This document shows positions 12,546-23,728 of a DNA stretch of 64,000 bases, one piece after another. A program made the translations under genes and the position numbers. The stretch's first letter is position 1. Each line of letters starts with the position of its first letter. The DNA is from Octopus sinensis (taxonomy: Eukaryota), in NCBI RefSeq assembly GCF_006345805.1, contig NC_043014.1, forward strand, positions 5,332,001 through 5,396,000. The letters are read 5' to 3'. The notes under the pieces are model-generated. The model searched no databases, was not told the origin of the DNA, and saw only the letters and a program-made list of their open reading frames with translations.

Positions 12546-13919
12546 ATGCCTGCTAAAAAAGACACCAACGACATATCCTCAATAAATGAAGAGATACTGA
12601 AAGAATTGAAAAGCATAAATTCAAACCTAACAGCAGTGTTAAACAAACTCAACTTAACACCTCGACCTTCTACACAAACTAACGAGGAAACCGAATCGAA
12701 TAAAACACCCTCTGAAATATTCGAGAAAGTTGAAAATCTATGCGATACAATGACGACATTCTTCACAAACTTTACGAAACAAGAGCAACAAAAAGAAGGA
12801 ACACATGAGAAGAACCGAGCAACTTCAACATTACAAATAAAGAACCAAGTCCTCCCCCAATGGAGAACACTACAGCGAAACAGAAAATTCGCTTTTTGGA
12901 AAATGATACAAAATCAGAATAAAGCAGAGATTTACCAAAAATGGCTAGACTCAACACCCCTAGTCATACCCCGTAAATTACAAATCAAGCCCATCTCGGA
13001 AGAACCAGAAGAACAAAGAAAACTTAGAGAAAAAATGTCATTAGAAGAAATGAAGATGGAAATAGAACTACTCAAGCTGAGAGCTAAAACGAATGAAGAA
13101 AAAGTAAAAACCATAGACGAGGAAATCAACGAAGAAGTCATCAAACTAATAGACGACATCAATACTGAAACATTACCAGCACTATGGAATGAAGAATGTG
13201 AAAAAGAGGAACTTAAGTCCCTCCAACGATGGGAAAAGAGCGCCATCTGGTTTCTAGATTATGAAACCAACTTCAAAAATGAACACATATCCAACAACCC
13301 ATTCATAACATTAAGTAAATCAAAACCAAATACCAACAGAACGGAACAACCACCAAGAAATCCTAACACACTCTACACCAGAAAAGTACACCTAAAACAC
13401 ACCCCACACTACATACACCAACCCCAAAACACCTACAGAGGCCCACCACACCAGTTCGAAAATAGACATACCAACAGAGCAGAACAACCACCAAGAAATC
13501 CAAACACACTCTACACCAGAAAAATGCATTTAAAACGCACCCCACACTATCTACACCAACCCCAAAACACTTATAGGGCCCCACCACACCATTCCACGAA
13601 CCTAAGAGCCACAACATACAATACTATAAAATACAACCCACATAACCAAACCAAAACGCTACTACCAAACATACACCCCAGGAACCTACCATACAAACAT
13701 AACAAACAACAAATGCACTACGGAGGAAACAACTACCAACACAATATACCTGATGAACTAAGACGGAACACTAGGTACCACAACACACTCCAGAACAGAG
13801 CACCACAAACTCACTCTGACAATTATAACAACATGAGACAGATAAATAGTAGCTTTGAACATAACCACACCAACCATTTTTTAGACCTTACACACAGGAA
13901 CAGGGACACACGATGGTAA
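12546..13919 (+). CDS. PLE ORF1, 457 aa: charged/coiled-coil-like N half, Pro/His/Asn-rich C half with two 46-aa repeats
   Basis: Long intact ORF directly after the pLTR, overlapping ORF2. No catalytic motif recognised. Confidence 0.8.
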   Translation: MPAKKDTNDISSINEEILKELKSINSNLTAVLNKLNLTPRPSTQTNEETESNKTPSEIFEKVENLCDTMTTFFTNFTKQEQQKEGTHEKNRATSTLQIKNQVLPQWRTLQRNRKFAFWKMIQNQNKAEIYQKWLDSTPLVIPRKLQIKPISEEPEEQRKLREKMSLEEMKMEIELLKLRAKTNEEKVKTIDEEINEEVIKLIDDINTETLPALWNEECEKEELKSLQRWEKSAIWFLDYETNFKNEHISNNPFITLSKSKPNTNRTEQPPRNPNTLYTRKVHLKHTPHYIHQPQNTYRGPPHQFENRHTNRAEQPPRNPNTLYTRKMHLKRTPHYLHQPQNTYRAPPHHSTNLRATTYNTIKYNPHNQTKTLLPNIHPRNLPYKHNKQQMHYGGNNYQHNIPDELRRNTRYHNTLQNRAPQTHSDNYNNMRQINSSFEHNHTNHFLDLTHRNRDTRW

Positions 13920-15328
13920 AGGACAAACAAAAGAAACCTCAGGTAATTAAGATAATCAATCTCTCAAACAAAGAACTTACACCTAACGAAATAAGCATAC
14001 TCTCCAAAGGACTTAAATTTACACCTACCCCACAACGTTCTAATTACTATGAAATGAAAGATGATATTTCGGAATTTTGCAGAAAACTAAGACTCACCGA
14101 GGCATTTCAAGACAAACAAATAGAGGAGGACTCAATAGCTAGAAACAAGAGCAATTACACCCCCACCAAGGGAAAGAATAAAGCCTTAGACCGCTATTGT
14201 GACTACATAAGTAATTTCCCGTTCCAATTCATCAAGAAACAAAAACACAGCCCTAACTTCAACAAAAGAGAATGGAACGACCTCATCAAACTAAGAGAAG
14301 ACAAAACAATAACAATTAAGGAGGCAGATAAGGGCAACGCGATAGTAATAATGAATACAAACGATTATAAAAAGTTAGTGCTATCCCTATTAAGAGATGA
14401 AACGTATTATGAAAGGGCCCAACAGTATAATCAGCAAAAAATAATGCATAACCTTAGGACATTAATCAACACATACCAAGAAGGACTCACGAACAAGGAG
14501 TTTGAATACATCACTAACTTCAAATGCAAATCGAGTTTGTTCTATGGTATCCCCAAGGTACACAAAAGCCAAATAATTAGAGAAACATGCAAAACTTCCA
14601 CCGACACACTCATCAAAATCCCTTCACCAAATGATCTTAAACTAAGACCGATAATAGCAGGGCCAGCATGTGAAACTCACCGCCTCAGCAATTTCTTAGA
14701 CACACTGCTTAAACCTTTCCTAAAACACATCAAAAGCTACGTAAGAGACGATATAGATATGCTCAACCACCTCCCCAAAACAGTCAATGAGAAAACCCTT
14801 CTAGTATCATTCGACGTAGTTAATCTTTATTCTAACATCCCTCACAACCTAGGAATAGAAGCGATCACCTTCTGGCTGAATAACTACCCCTTTGAACTCC
14901 CAACTCGCATAAACAAAGACCTTATAATAGAAGGACTTAGATTCATTTTAGAGAACAATTATTTTATATTTGACAATGATTTCTACAGACAAAGATCGGG
15001 AACAGCGATGGGCACGCGTACTGCACCATCTTTTGCCAACCTAGTGATGGGATACCTCGAGAAAATACTATACCAGATAACACTCGAGAAATATGGAAAC
15101 ACCTTCGCCACCTATATCCATAACAACTGGAAAAGATACCTCGATGACTGCTTCATCATCTGGGACAAAGGTATAGAGAAACTTGAGGAATTTAAAATAC
15201 TATTAAATGGAATACATGACAATATACAATTCACGATGGACCACAACGAAAAACAATTACCATTTTTAGACATCCTCATTAAGAAAACCGGCAACCGGCA
15301 ACAAAATAGAGACAGATATCTACTATAA
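13913..15328 (+). CDS. PLE reverse transcriptase (ORF2 5' part)
   Basis: Motifs IPKVHKS, LRPIIAG, SFDVVNLYSNIP, QRSGTAMG, RYLDDCFIIW, IQFT, LPFLDILI. Frame is broken by a 7-bp duplication at 15288-15301. Confidence 0.95.
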   Translation: MVKDKQKKPQVIKIINLSNKELTPNEISILSKGLKFTPTPQRSNYYEMKDDISEFCRKLRLTEAFQDKQIEEDSIARNKSNYTPTKGKNKALDRYCDYISNFPFQFIKKQKHSPNFNKREWNDLIKLREDKTITIKEADKGNAIVIMNTNDYKKLVLSLLRDETYYERAQQYNQQKIMHNLRTLINTYQEGLTNKEFEYITNFKCKSSLFYGIPKVHKSQIIRETCKTSTDTLIKIPSPNDLKLRPIIAGPACETHRLSNFLDTLLKPFLKHIKSYVRDDIDMLNHLPKTVNEKTLLVSFDVVNLYSNIPHNLGIEAITFWLNNYPFELPTRINKDLIIEGLRFILENNYFIFDNDFYRQRSGTAMGTRTAPSFANLVMGYLEKILYQITLEKYGNTFATYIHNNWKRYLDDCFIIWDKGIEKLEEFKILLNGIHDNIQFTMDHNEKQLPFLDILIKKTGNRQQNRDRYLL

Positions 15329-16217
15329 ACCGACAGACTCTAAACAGTACCTACCCTTTGATTCATGCCACCCACGACACACTAGAATGAATGTCCCTTT
15401 TTGTTTAGCTAGAAGGATTTGCACCATAATATCAGACACAAACACCCGACACACACGTCTCCAGGAACTTAGAACCACACTCACAAATAGAAACTATCCA
15501 CAACTCCTAATAGACAGTGCAATCCAACGGGTACTTAAATTAAGTATAGAAGACCTGAGACAAACAAAACCAAAAAAGAAAGAACAATTAAAAACCCTTC
15601 CCTACATCTCTACACACAACCCACTCAACAATGAGGCCTTCAACACCATACTACAAAGCACAGCCCTACTAAAGGGAGACCCAAAGATGAACCGGATCCT
15701 CGAAACACACACCATCATTAAAAGTAAACGGCAACCAAAATCCTTGAAAAGGATTTTAACCCAAGCTACACTGCACTCAACATCAACCACAAAACCAGCA
15801 GTTAGAAAATGTGGAAGGCCCAACTGCGGAATCTGTGGCATCTTGAAGGAAGGATCAGAATTTATACTGGAACAAGGCCACCAGTTCACCATTAGAACAA
15901 ACTTCACCTGCGCATCAGAAAACTTAATTTACGTAATAACATGCGCAGGCTGCAATAGGCAGTATATAGGCCATACAAAAAATAGCTTACGTAACAGGAT
16001 GGCGGTGCATAAATCACAAATTAGAAACCCTGATTACCGCAAAATACCGGTCAGCGGACACATAGATAGATGTGCTGGAAATATAAATCCGAAATTTACA
16101 ACTAACCCGCTCTATAAATTCAGTGACAACGCAACCTTCACACAACGCCAAAATAAAGAACTATATTTCATAAAAAAATTTAGACCAAGTTTAAACACCC
16201 TGGGCCAGGAATATTAA
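15302..16217 (+). CDS. PLE ORF2 3' part: RT thumb, Cys-rich linker and GIY-YIG endonuclease
   Basis: TDIYYKPTDSKQYLPFDSCHP continues into track ORF 15387..16217. Linker CGRPNCGIC (Neptune-type Cys cluster), then NLIYVITCAGCNRQYIGHT and RMAVH. Confidence 0.92.
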
Positions 16218-16994
16218 AACAAAAGATAAGTCCTCCGAAAAGGAGAGGCAAAATTCCACCAAGGCCGCTACCATAAACAGTCACTCGCACTGACGGAAAT
16301 ATGCCTTAGTTAAAAAAAAGGAAAAAAATTCTTTAGTACAAATCTGACCCTGCAAATCTGACATACGATACAGCTAAGGGTCAGACCCGATTCTGATTGG
16401 TCAACATGTTGATGACGTCTTGTTCTGCTAGAATGGACAGGATACAAACAGGGGGCAGAGATTGGTCACAATATTGATGACGTACTTTTCTGCTTGACTG
16501 GTCACCTAACAAAATACAGACAGGTGGCAGATCCAATGCAGCTATAAGTCGCGATGAAACGACTGGTCAAAACAGGAAACAAACAAGAGGCAGTTCTAAT
16601 ACAGCGATTAGTCACGATTGGTCAAAATGTTGATGACGTGGACGTCACGCTACGCTGGACTGACCACCTGACAGGCATTATAAAAACACGAACAATCTAC
16701 AAAACACACCAGAATAACCCAGCGAACAACAACCACCATGGGTCACCACAATTGCTTAAGGTAAAAATGAATTCCTCGCTCTTTCGGGAACACCAATCCT
16801 CTGTATTGACTGCTTTCCACCACTTTGATCTGTTTTTTGTATTGAAAACGTATCGCCACCGTGGGCCACTGCATCGAACACTTTGAACATATAGTATGAA
16901 TGAACATACTTCAAACTATATCAAAACTTTAAAATGTCTGACTCCGTTGAGTATTATAAATGAATTTCTTGTGTTTGACGGCATTAGCTGTCTT

Positions 16995-17065
16995 TTTTTA
17001 TATATAACTCTTTTTGATAAGGTTCATTTCAGGAACTGAAACATGTTATAATGTATATATAAAAA
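16995..17065 (+). ncRNA. Minimal type I hammerhead ribozyme variant (U3/A8) in downstream pLTR
   Basis: Same motif as 12361-12431. Confidence 0.65.
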
Positions 17066-17111
17066 TTAAAAATTGTATAATATAGCAGCATTTTCGAACT
17101 TCTTTTTTTAC

Positions 17112-17180
<69 letters not shown>

Positions 17181-17185
<5 letters not shown>

Positions 17186-17717
17186 CAATATAAGGAATGG
17201 TCATAATTGGACATTCGACTTACTAGAAAGAGCAGCCAAACTCAAACCGCTAAATACCCTTATATTTATTAATTAATGATTTTTTGGCTATTTTTGAAAT
17301 TAAATCAGCAGTTTATATTTGCTGCTGAGAATTTTGAAAATTTAGACCATATGGACTGGAGGCGTCTTTACTATCGCCTCGTGGACATATACTCGTCCTA
17401 GGCTTCTCTGCTGACGAGGCACGCCAGATGTAAATATATTTAATTTAATTTAATTAATTTGTTTACGAAAGGTGGCCGAAACTATGCATAGTCCAGAGAT
17501 GAAAGGGGTAAACGTTTTTATTTCCCTTTCTATTTCAGAATTACAACTAATTTGCGGTTTGAGTTTGGCTGCTCTTTCTAATGAGTCGAATGTCCTATTA
17601 TGGCCATTCCTTATATTGTTGAAATATAGTATATAGTCTTTGACTATCTTTCCTTTCTCACTAGACCGCTGGTAGCAGAGAATTTTTTCTAGAATTTTTT
17701 GCTACCCATATATTTAT

Positions 17718-17720
<3 letters not shown>
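17181..17720. mobile_element. Small non-autonomous element with 70-bp inverted repeats, inserted in (TA)n
   Basis: 17181-17250 is the reverse complement of 17554-17623 with 4 mismatches. Flanked by TA arrays and absent from paralogous introns. Confidence 0.75.
17405..17499 (+). ncRNA. Canonical type I hammerhead ribozyme
   Basis: Stem I TCTCTG/CAGAGA, core CTGACGA, stem II GGC/GCC with an extended arm, GAAA, stem III CTA-TGCA-TAG, GTC triplet (predicted cleavage after 17493). Confidence 0.82.
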
Positions 17721-17780
<60 letters not shown>

Positions 17781-17814
17781 TATATATGTACATACATATG
17801 TAGAAATATGTGTG

Positions 17815-17859
<45 letters not shown>

Positions 17860-17862
17860 ATA

Positions 17863-18459
17863 CTAGCAGAGATACCCAGCATTGCTGGGGATTCAAATGG
17901 CAAAGTTGGTATATAATATATTGCAGTCATTTTGAAACAGGTGATATGGGAAAGTGCAACATTGACAACAAAACATTTGTAGAGTAAATGCTGGGCTAAT
18001 TCGACTAAGCAACATGCTATGCGTCCGTTTGGAGTGTTTCAGGCCCTAACCTGTCATGCAAAATTTGAGCTGGGGTTTGTGTGATTTTTGAAGGCACCGA
18101 AATGCTGTCAGTGGATATACTCTCCTTTGCAGCAGTGTGCGCTGTGTCTAACACGATACATCATCGGAAATTTTGACACCTCACGTCGGGTTTGTTGTCC
18201 TACATCACTCATAGAGTAAATTTGGAGGAACTGGTTGTTCATTCGCGGGTACCAGGGAACCAGTGAGGGGATAGATTTGCCCTTGAACTTTGACTTCGGC
18301 GTAAATTCATGTTTATCTATCTTCTTAGATTCACCAAACGATGTCAATTGAAATGCAGAGTTGTGTGGTCTGATATTGTTCAGAAAATCTTTTGACTGGA
18401 CTGAAGCGCCTTCTAGAAGATCCCTAAGGAGTTGAGATGGTAGTGTTGGCAATGATACA
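17863..18459 (-). mobile_element. Internally deleted Helitron relic
   Basis: 3' CTAG preceded by hairpin CCCAGCAATGCTGGG on the minus strand. Remnant KDFLNNIRPHNSAFQLTSFG resembles the Helitron N-terminal FLxNIRxYNSAFQMTSFG region. Confidence 0.8.
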
Positions 18460-18559
18460 TGTCCGAATATGTTGTCATCTATTGCATTGTTTTGAGTTCT
18501 AAACGATAATAAATACCCTGAATTTCTATTTATATGATGCTATTTCTATTTTTTGACAG

Positions 18560-18611
18560 AACCGTTTCATCTCCAAGAAATCTCTCGACGATAAACCTGA
18601 TGACACACCAA
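18560..18611 (+). CDS. Copy B exon 2 (stalk, NRFISKKSLDDKPDDTP)
   Basis: gacag acceptor, A|gtaaga donor, 52 nt, phase 0/1. Identical to 31083-31134 and 47166-47217. Confidence 0.8.
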
Positions 18612-18844
18612 GTAAGAACTGATTTTACGGCTAAAGTCTTTTACCCGTGTCTCCTTAACTAATGGTTTATGATTTCACGAACTTTGAATTAGTTCCACGT
18701 TACTATCCACATGTCCACAATAGCATATACTAAGACATTTGCCTGAATTTATTTCGAAATATATTCTACTTTACAATAATTTCCTAAATAAAATGTTACT
18801 CTAATATACTATGACATTTCTTGTGTGTATATGAGTATATATGC

Positions 18845-21050
18845 AGTGCTACGTCGAGAAATGTTTCGATCCGCAAGGTTCCTCCAAGTGTTCTCTTCGC
18901 CGAGTGTCCGAGGCGATCGGTACGTTCACTATGAAAAAATTGGAGTGCTCAGAGCGAGACCCGCCGGCTTGCATACGATAAGTATGGAATGCCATCTTCA
19001 TCTGAGAATCAAATGCCCGAGCTGGCGCTTCACTGCGTTTATATCTACGATTCAGCATTCTGTCCACTCTTGTGCTTCCAATCATTCGTGAACATAGACC
19101 CGCAATAATGATGTTCCACTTTCCTACACAGTGCGTATTTGTCAATCCTGCCTTTGGGTACTCGGCAGCCAACCCATTCAGTGCACGTTGTTGGTTGCCA
19201 TCAGACGAATTAGGTAGCAGCATGTCGTCTACAAATAACAGTCGACCGATCACGTAGAGATGAATTGGGATACCTCTACCACAATGGCTGCGCATATTCA
19301 ACCAGTTCACAAAAAAGAATGTGAGAAGGGGCACTAACAATGCACACTTCAACTAAGTGAAACCTTCACGTTGAAAACTTTCGACTTTTACATAAATACA
19401 ATCATTTGAACATCCATATAAGTACTTTATGGCAACCAGTATTTGCCCAGTAAACTCACCTTCCTTGTAAACCATCCACAACATACCTCAGGGAACGTGA
19501 TCATGTGCCTTTTCGTGGTTTACAGCGTATTCCTCTTGGAAATGCCTCAACGTTTGCTGGAAGATCTGTCTTTGAACGATTATCTGGTCGGGTGTACTGC
19601 GTTCCGGACGGTAATCTTGGGCGCGACAACTTCCCTACTTATCGTTTCCTGAAATCTAGTGTAGACTTTTCTATAATTAGAACACACTCTCTGGTCTCTG
19701 TTTGAAAAAAATGTGATTGTCATCCCATATTACCATTACTTTGATGTTTTTTCCAGAGGTCCCATCCGCCTAGCATACATGGATCACTCAGAGAATACAA
19801 TCTGTATTTAAGGTTTCTAAAATATCAAGCCGAACGTACTTTTAACCAGCAGCTTTATCACATTTAAGCGAGTTTAGCTCAAATAAGCGTTCAACCGAAG
19901 AAGAACCTGCCGAATAAAATAATACAATCACGAATCCATTTCGATGTCCAAGTTCATTCAGGAGGGTCACTCTCAATTTGGATGCAAAAGTCTCCATATT
20001 TTTGTTTCTGATCCCAGCATCCACTGCAACTTCCAACTGTATTCTGTAGGTTGCACTGGATTTACCAATTTCCAGTGTTCGGCAGACCGTAGGGATTTTT
20101 AGGTTTTTAGACATTTAGGTAGTGACGAGTTGACAACTCCACCCCTTCCTTTTACCCGAACGTTCAGCAAAGAGTGAAAGAGGACCGAGCCTAATCAGAA
20201 ACCTCTGTCACCAAGTATTTCTATACCAGGCACCCTTATAAATATCCCTGTCTTAAAATAATATCTATACCATAGAGTGGAGAGTGTGTATCCTGCACAG
20301 AAGGCTGCTATGACCTCTCCATTAAGTTCACTGACGACATTCCTTCCAATCAATCCTTCTCACGGTTATCAGTGCCAAGGTGTGCACTGAAGTCTCCTTG
20401 CAGGAGAAATGACTTTATCCCAAATATATCTAAAGCTGAGGTGAATTTTCTTAGGAAGGATTTGTATTTGACCCCGCTGTTTGCTGCATATACTTACAGC
20501 AGCCACAGTGGTCCTACATATTCAGCCTTAGCTTCAAGAGGTGATCCCTCACACCTAGTAGGTTTCACTCCATAATACAATCCGAAAGCTGGGGATTGAG
20601 AGTATCCTAATCCCACCTGTGCAGAAATTGTTGGCACCACAGTTGCGTAGTGGAGTTTCAAGCTTATATCCAAGTGTACGCTATCGGAGAAAGGAAATTC
20701 TGTAGAGGAGACACCGATTATATCTTACAGGCAGATTATATCTAACAATTTTCACGTTTTAATTCTCAATTATTAAAGGTTGTTCCCCTCTTTATCTGCT
20801 TTGGTTTCCTGAGACCGTCAATTTGGTGCTCCCACCCCACGCACCCCAGATTAATTTGCAGGCTTCTTGCTGGTTGCACCGGTGTTGGGTGTGTTGTGCT
20901 ACACATTTATCGAACGGACTCCTCTACTCGAGATCCGGATGCGATGTCTTTTAACTAAATCGACAAATGATGCGGTATGGTTGTTATTTTCATATTGTAG
21001 TTATGATGGCCTTATTTGCGCTGAGTTCCAAACTGATGTTTGTAATTGAC
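18845..21050 (-). mobile_element. Degenerate RTE-clade LINE relic in intron 2, copy B
   Basis: CALLVPLLTFFFVNW..GRLLFVDDMLL..QRALNGLAAE resembles RTE RT (GCVLSPLLF..RLLFADDL..ALNGFAA). Endonuclease-like remnants lie further upstream. Confidence 0.8.
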
Positions 21051-21427
21051 CGATGAATATTCGCACCTGGCGAATATTTTATCATTATTCTATTGAGAAT
21101 TATATATACTCATACCCAAGTTTACGTATCATACATACATCCGTTCATAGCGGAGACCGATACACATTCTGATATTCTGAGATTATTCTCTCAAATCTTT
21201 GACATCAACGTCACCAACAGGCTCAACAGACAAATGTCTTTTTTCTTTCTTTACAATTTATTCTTATTATTTACAACTTTCGTTCTGACTTTCATTCATT
21301 CACTCGTTCTTTCTTAAATTCTATATTTCTCTCTTCTCCATCAATTCCTTCCCATCCAACATCCTACTTTGTAAATGCTCCCCCAATTCTTTCTTTTAAA
21401 CTACATTATTTCATTTTAATTTCGCAG

Positions 21428-21502
21428 AACCCGGTCTCGGATCATTGTATACCCGATGGGGTAGAACAACTTGTCCTCCTTATTCAAACCTTGTATATGA
21501 CG
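21428..21502 (+). CDS. Copy B exon 3 (KPGLGSLYTRWGRTTCPPYSNLVYDG)
   Basis: cgcag acceptor, gttagt donor, 75 nt, open frame. Confidence 0.88.
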
Positions 21503-22982
21503 GTTAGTATACTTTATATTTCTGACCTCTCATTTTCTTTTTGTTTTTCTCTTGTTCTCTTTTTATACCTCTCATTCTCTCTTTTTGTTGCCTCCCTTTC
21601 TCTCTCACCCTCTCTGTCACGCACATGCACACACACTCACCCTTGTCTGACATAAACATTCTCAAATCTTCCTATGATATGTCACGTTTCAAACGTCTAT
21701 ACCTGTAGACTATACAGACACTACACAAGACTGCTTACTCCTTTGTAGGTATTTGGTCAAATCAGAATTTTAAATGTTGTCTACTACGGACCAAGTGAAA
21801 AGGATGTTGTCTAACTACAGAATATAGATATCTCTACGATAAATTACAGATAGGGGCTGGACTGGAAACCACCATGGCGATCAAGAATTTCAGGCTGACC
21901 AGCTTTGGATTGTAGATATCAAATACCGAGGCTGCTAACTGGTGATCAAGTGTACTGGCTATGGATGGTGGTATTGTACGTGAGTGACCAGAGCTGAAAT
22001 GTGGCCACGTGACTATCATTAACTAGAGTGCCCAATGATCATAGGTGTGTGTTAAATTGAATAGAGTCTATTAGAATTGATGACAGTGACTGTAAACGAT
22101 TAATGAAATGAACGCACAATGTAGAATGAGGACTGGACAAGCCACATACTGTAACTGATGGAAAAAGCTAAGGACTGTATTCATTAAGTAAAATAGAGAG
22201 AGACTAAATATTAGTGAGAGAACAGAACAGAGTACAGAATGCACTTCTATTCTTCTCCGCCTCACCGAAATCGTCTTATCGCTAAAACCTTGCTCTTTTC
22301 ATGCACCACATCACCTCATTAATTATCCAGTATATATTTGTAAGGTAATTACGACACTTCCAATTCAAAACTGCTGCTTTCAACGGCTTCCCTAATCAAA
22401 CACATAATCCCTAAAAATGCTCTGAATCTACTCTTTATAAACCCTACACATATCCTTTATCGGTCGCCCACTCCGCCGTCCATTCATCTTAAGCACTACG
22501 CCATCACTGAACCTCACAATTTTTCCTCCCACCTCGTTTCTATGTATTGCATGAAATAAAGTCTGTGTGATCATAACGTCTATGTAAGCCTGATTCGTCC
22601 GAGTCTAAACGAGAGGTTTAGCCACTGACTCTCGTATGATCGACTAAACAACATTTCATCGACGGTTACCCACCACTTCTCTGCATCTCGTCGTCTCCCG
22701 TAATGTCCTAATCAAACCTCCTACAATTTCCACCACCCAAAATATCCCCGTTCACACGTGAACATCTTTTCCATTTCGGATAAACACGTGTGCATGCGTT
22801 AAAAAATCTTTCTTTTTCTCCATCTGGTGACATCAACCGAAAAACACCTACCCCATGCATACATAATAATCCACGTCGTAACCACAAATAGGTACCCGTA
22901 TACACAAAACATATATATATATAAATGGAGTGGTATGAAACAATCGTACCGCATTATCTTTGGATATCCTTGTTGCTTATTA

Positions 22983-23022
<40 letters not shown>

Positions 23023-23228
23023 AGAAGGCAAATGCACAGCTACGATCTCATACATACCTCAACACTCAGCTTACACTCACATATACACTAACACATACAC
23101 CACAATTCGTTCACACGCGACTAAACATGACTTCTTTTAAAGGTCAAACTGTAATGAATGTTTCCGTTATTTTATATATAATTTTGGTTAATATCTTTTT
23201 TTACTTGATTTATTCTTACCAATTGTAG

Positions 23229-23728
23229 GTGTGGTTGGTGGACATAAGTATGACCAGACAGTTGGCGGAAGTAATCTCTTGTGTCTACCTAACGATCCTA
23301 TTTGGGCCAATTATACGATAGAAGTTGAAGAAGGTGGTTACATTTATGGCAGTGAATATCAACTGGAATCCTACCCAACTAATAAACTCTTTTCTTTTGC
23401 TAACGCTGAATCAATTCATGATCACAACGTTCCGTGCGCTGTCTGTTTGACACGACAACCTGCTGTTGTTATGATGTTACCAGCAAGGACAGAGTGTTAC
23501 TCTGGTTGGACAGCTGAGTATTCAGGATATTTGATGACCGAGCGTCACAGTCATAAGGGCAGACATGAATATGTGTGTGTGGACTATGCACCAGAAGCTG
23601 ATCCAGCAGGTTACAGAGACGAAAATGGAGTTCTATTATATTTCGTTCAGACTGCTTGTGGTTCATTGCCATGTCCACCGTATGTCAATGGTCGAGAATT
23701 AACCTGCGTTGTGTGTAGTCAATATTGA
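23229..23728 (+). CDS. Copy B exon 4, C4-like domain (GVVGGHKYDQTVGGSN...CSQY*)
   Basis: ttgtag acceptor, track ORF 23231..23728. Intact, but copy B has no exon 1 of its own (see findings). Confidence 0.88.

Larger units (their letters stand above)
10860..17120 (+). mobile_element. Penelope-like retroelement (Neptune type), 5'-truncated partial copy + full copy in tandem
   Basis: PLE-type RT and GIY-YIG coding sequence. 10860-12486 repeats 15495-17120 (offset 4635, only a handful of differences). Inserted in a (TA)n tract that is uninterrupted in paralogous introns (e.g. 30240). Confidence 0.95.

Noticed and set aside
18560-18611. Idea that exon 2 was exonised from the Helitron
   Set aside because: Copy E has exon 2 and its acceptor region without the Helitron; the relic ends about 100 bp upstream.
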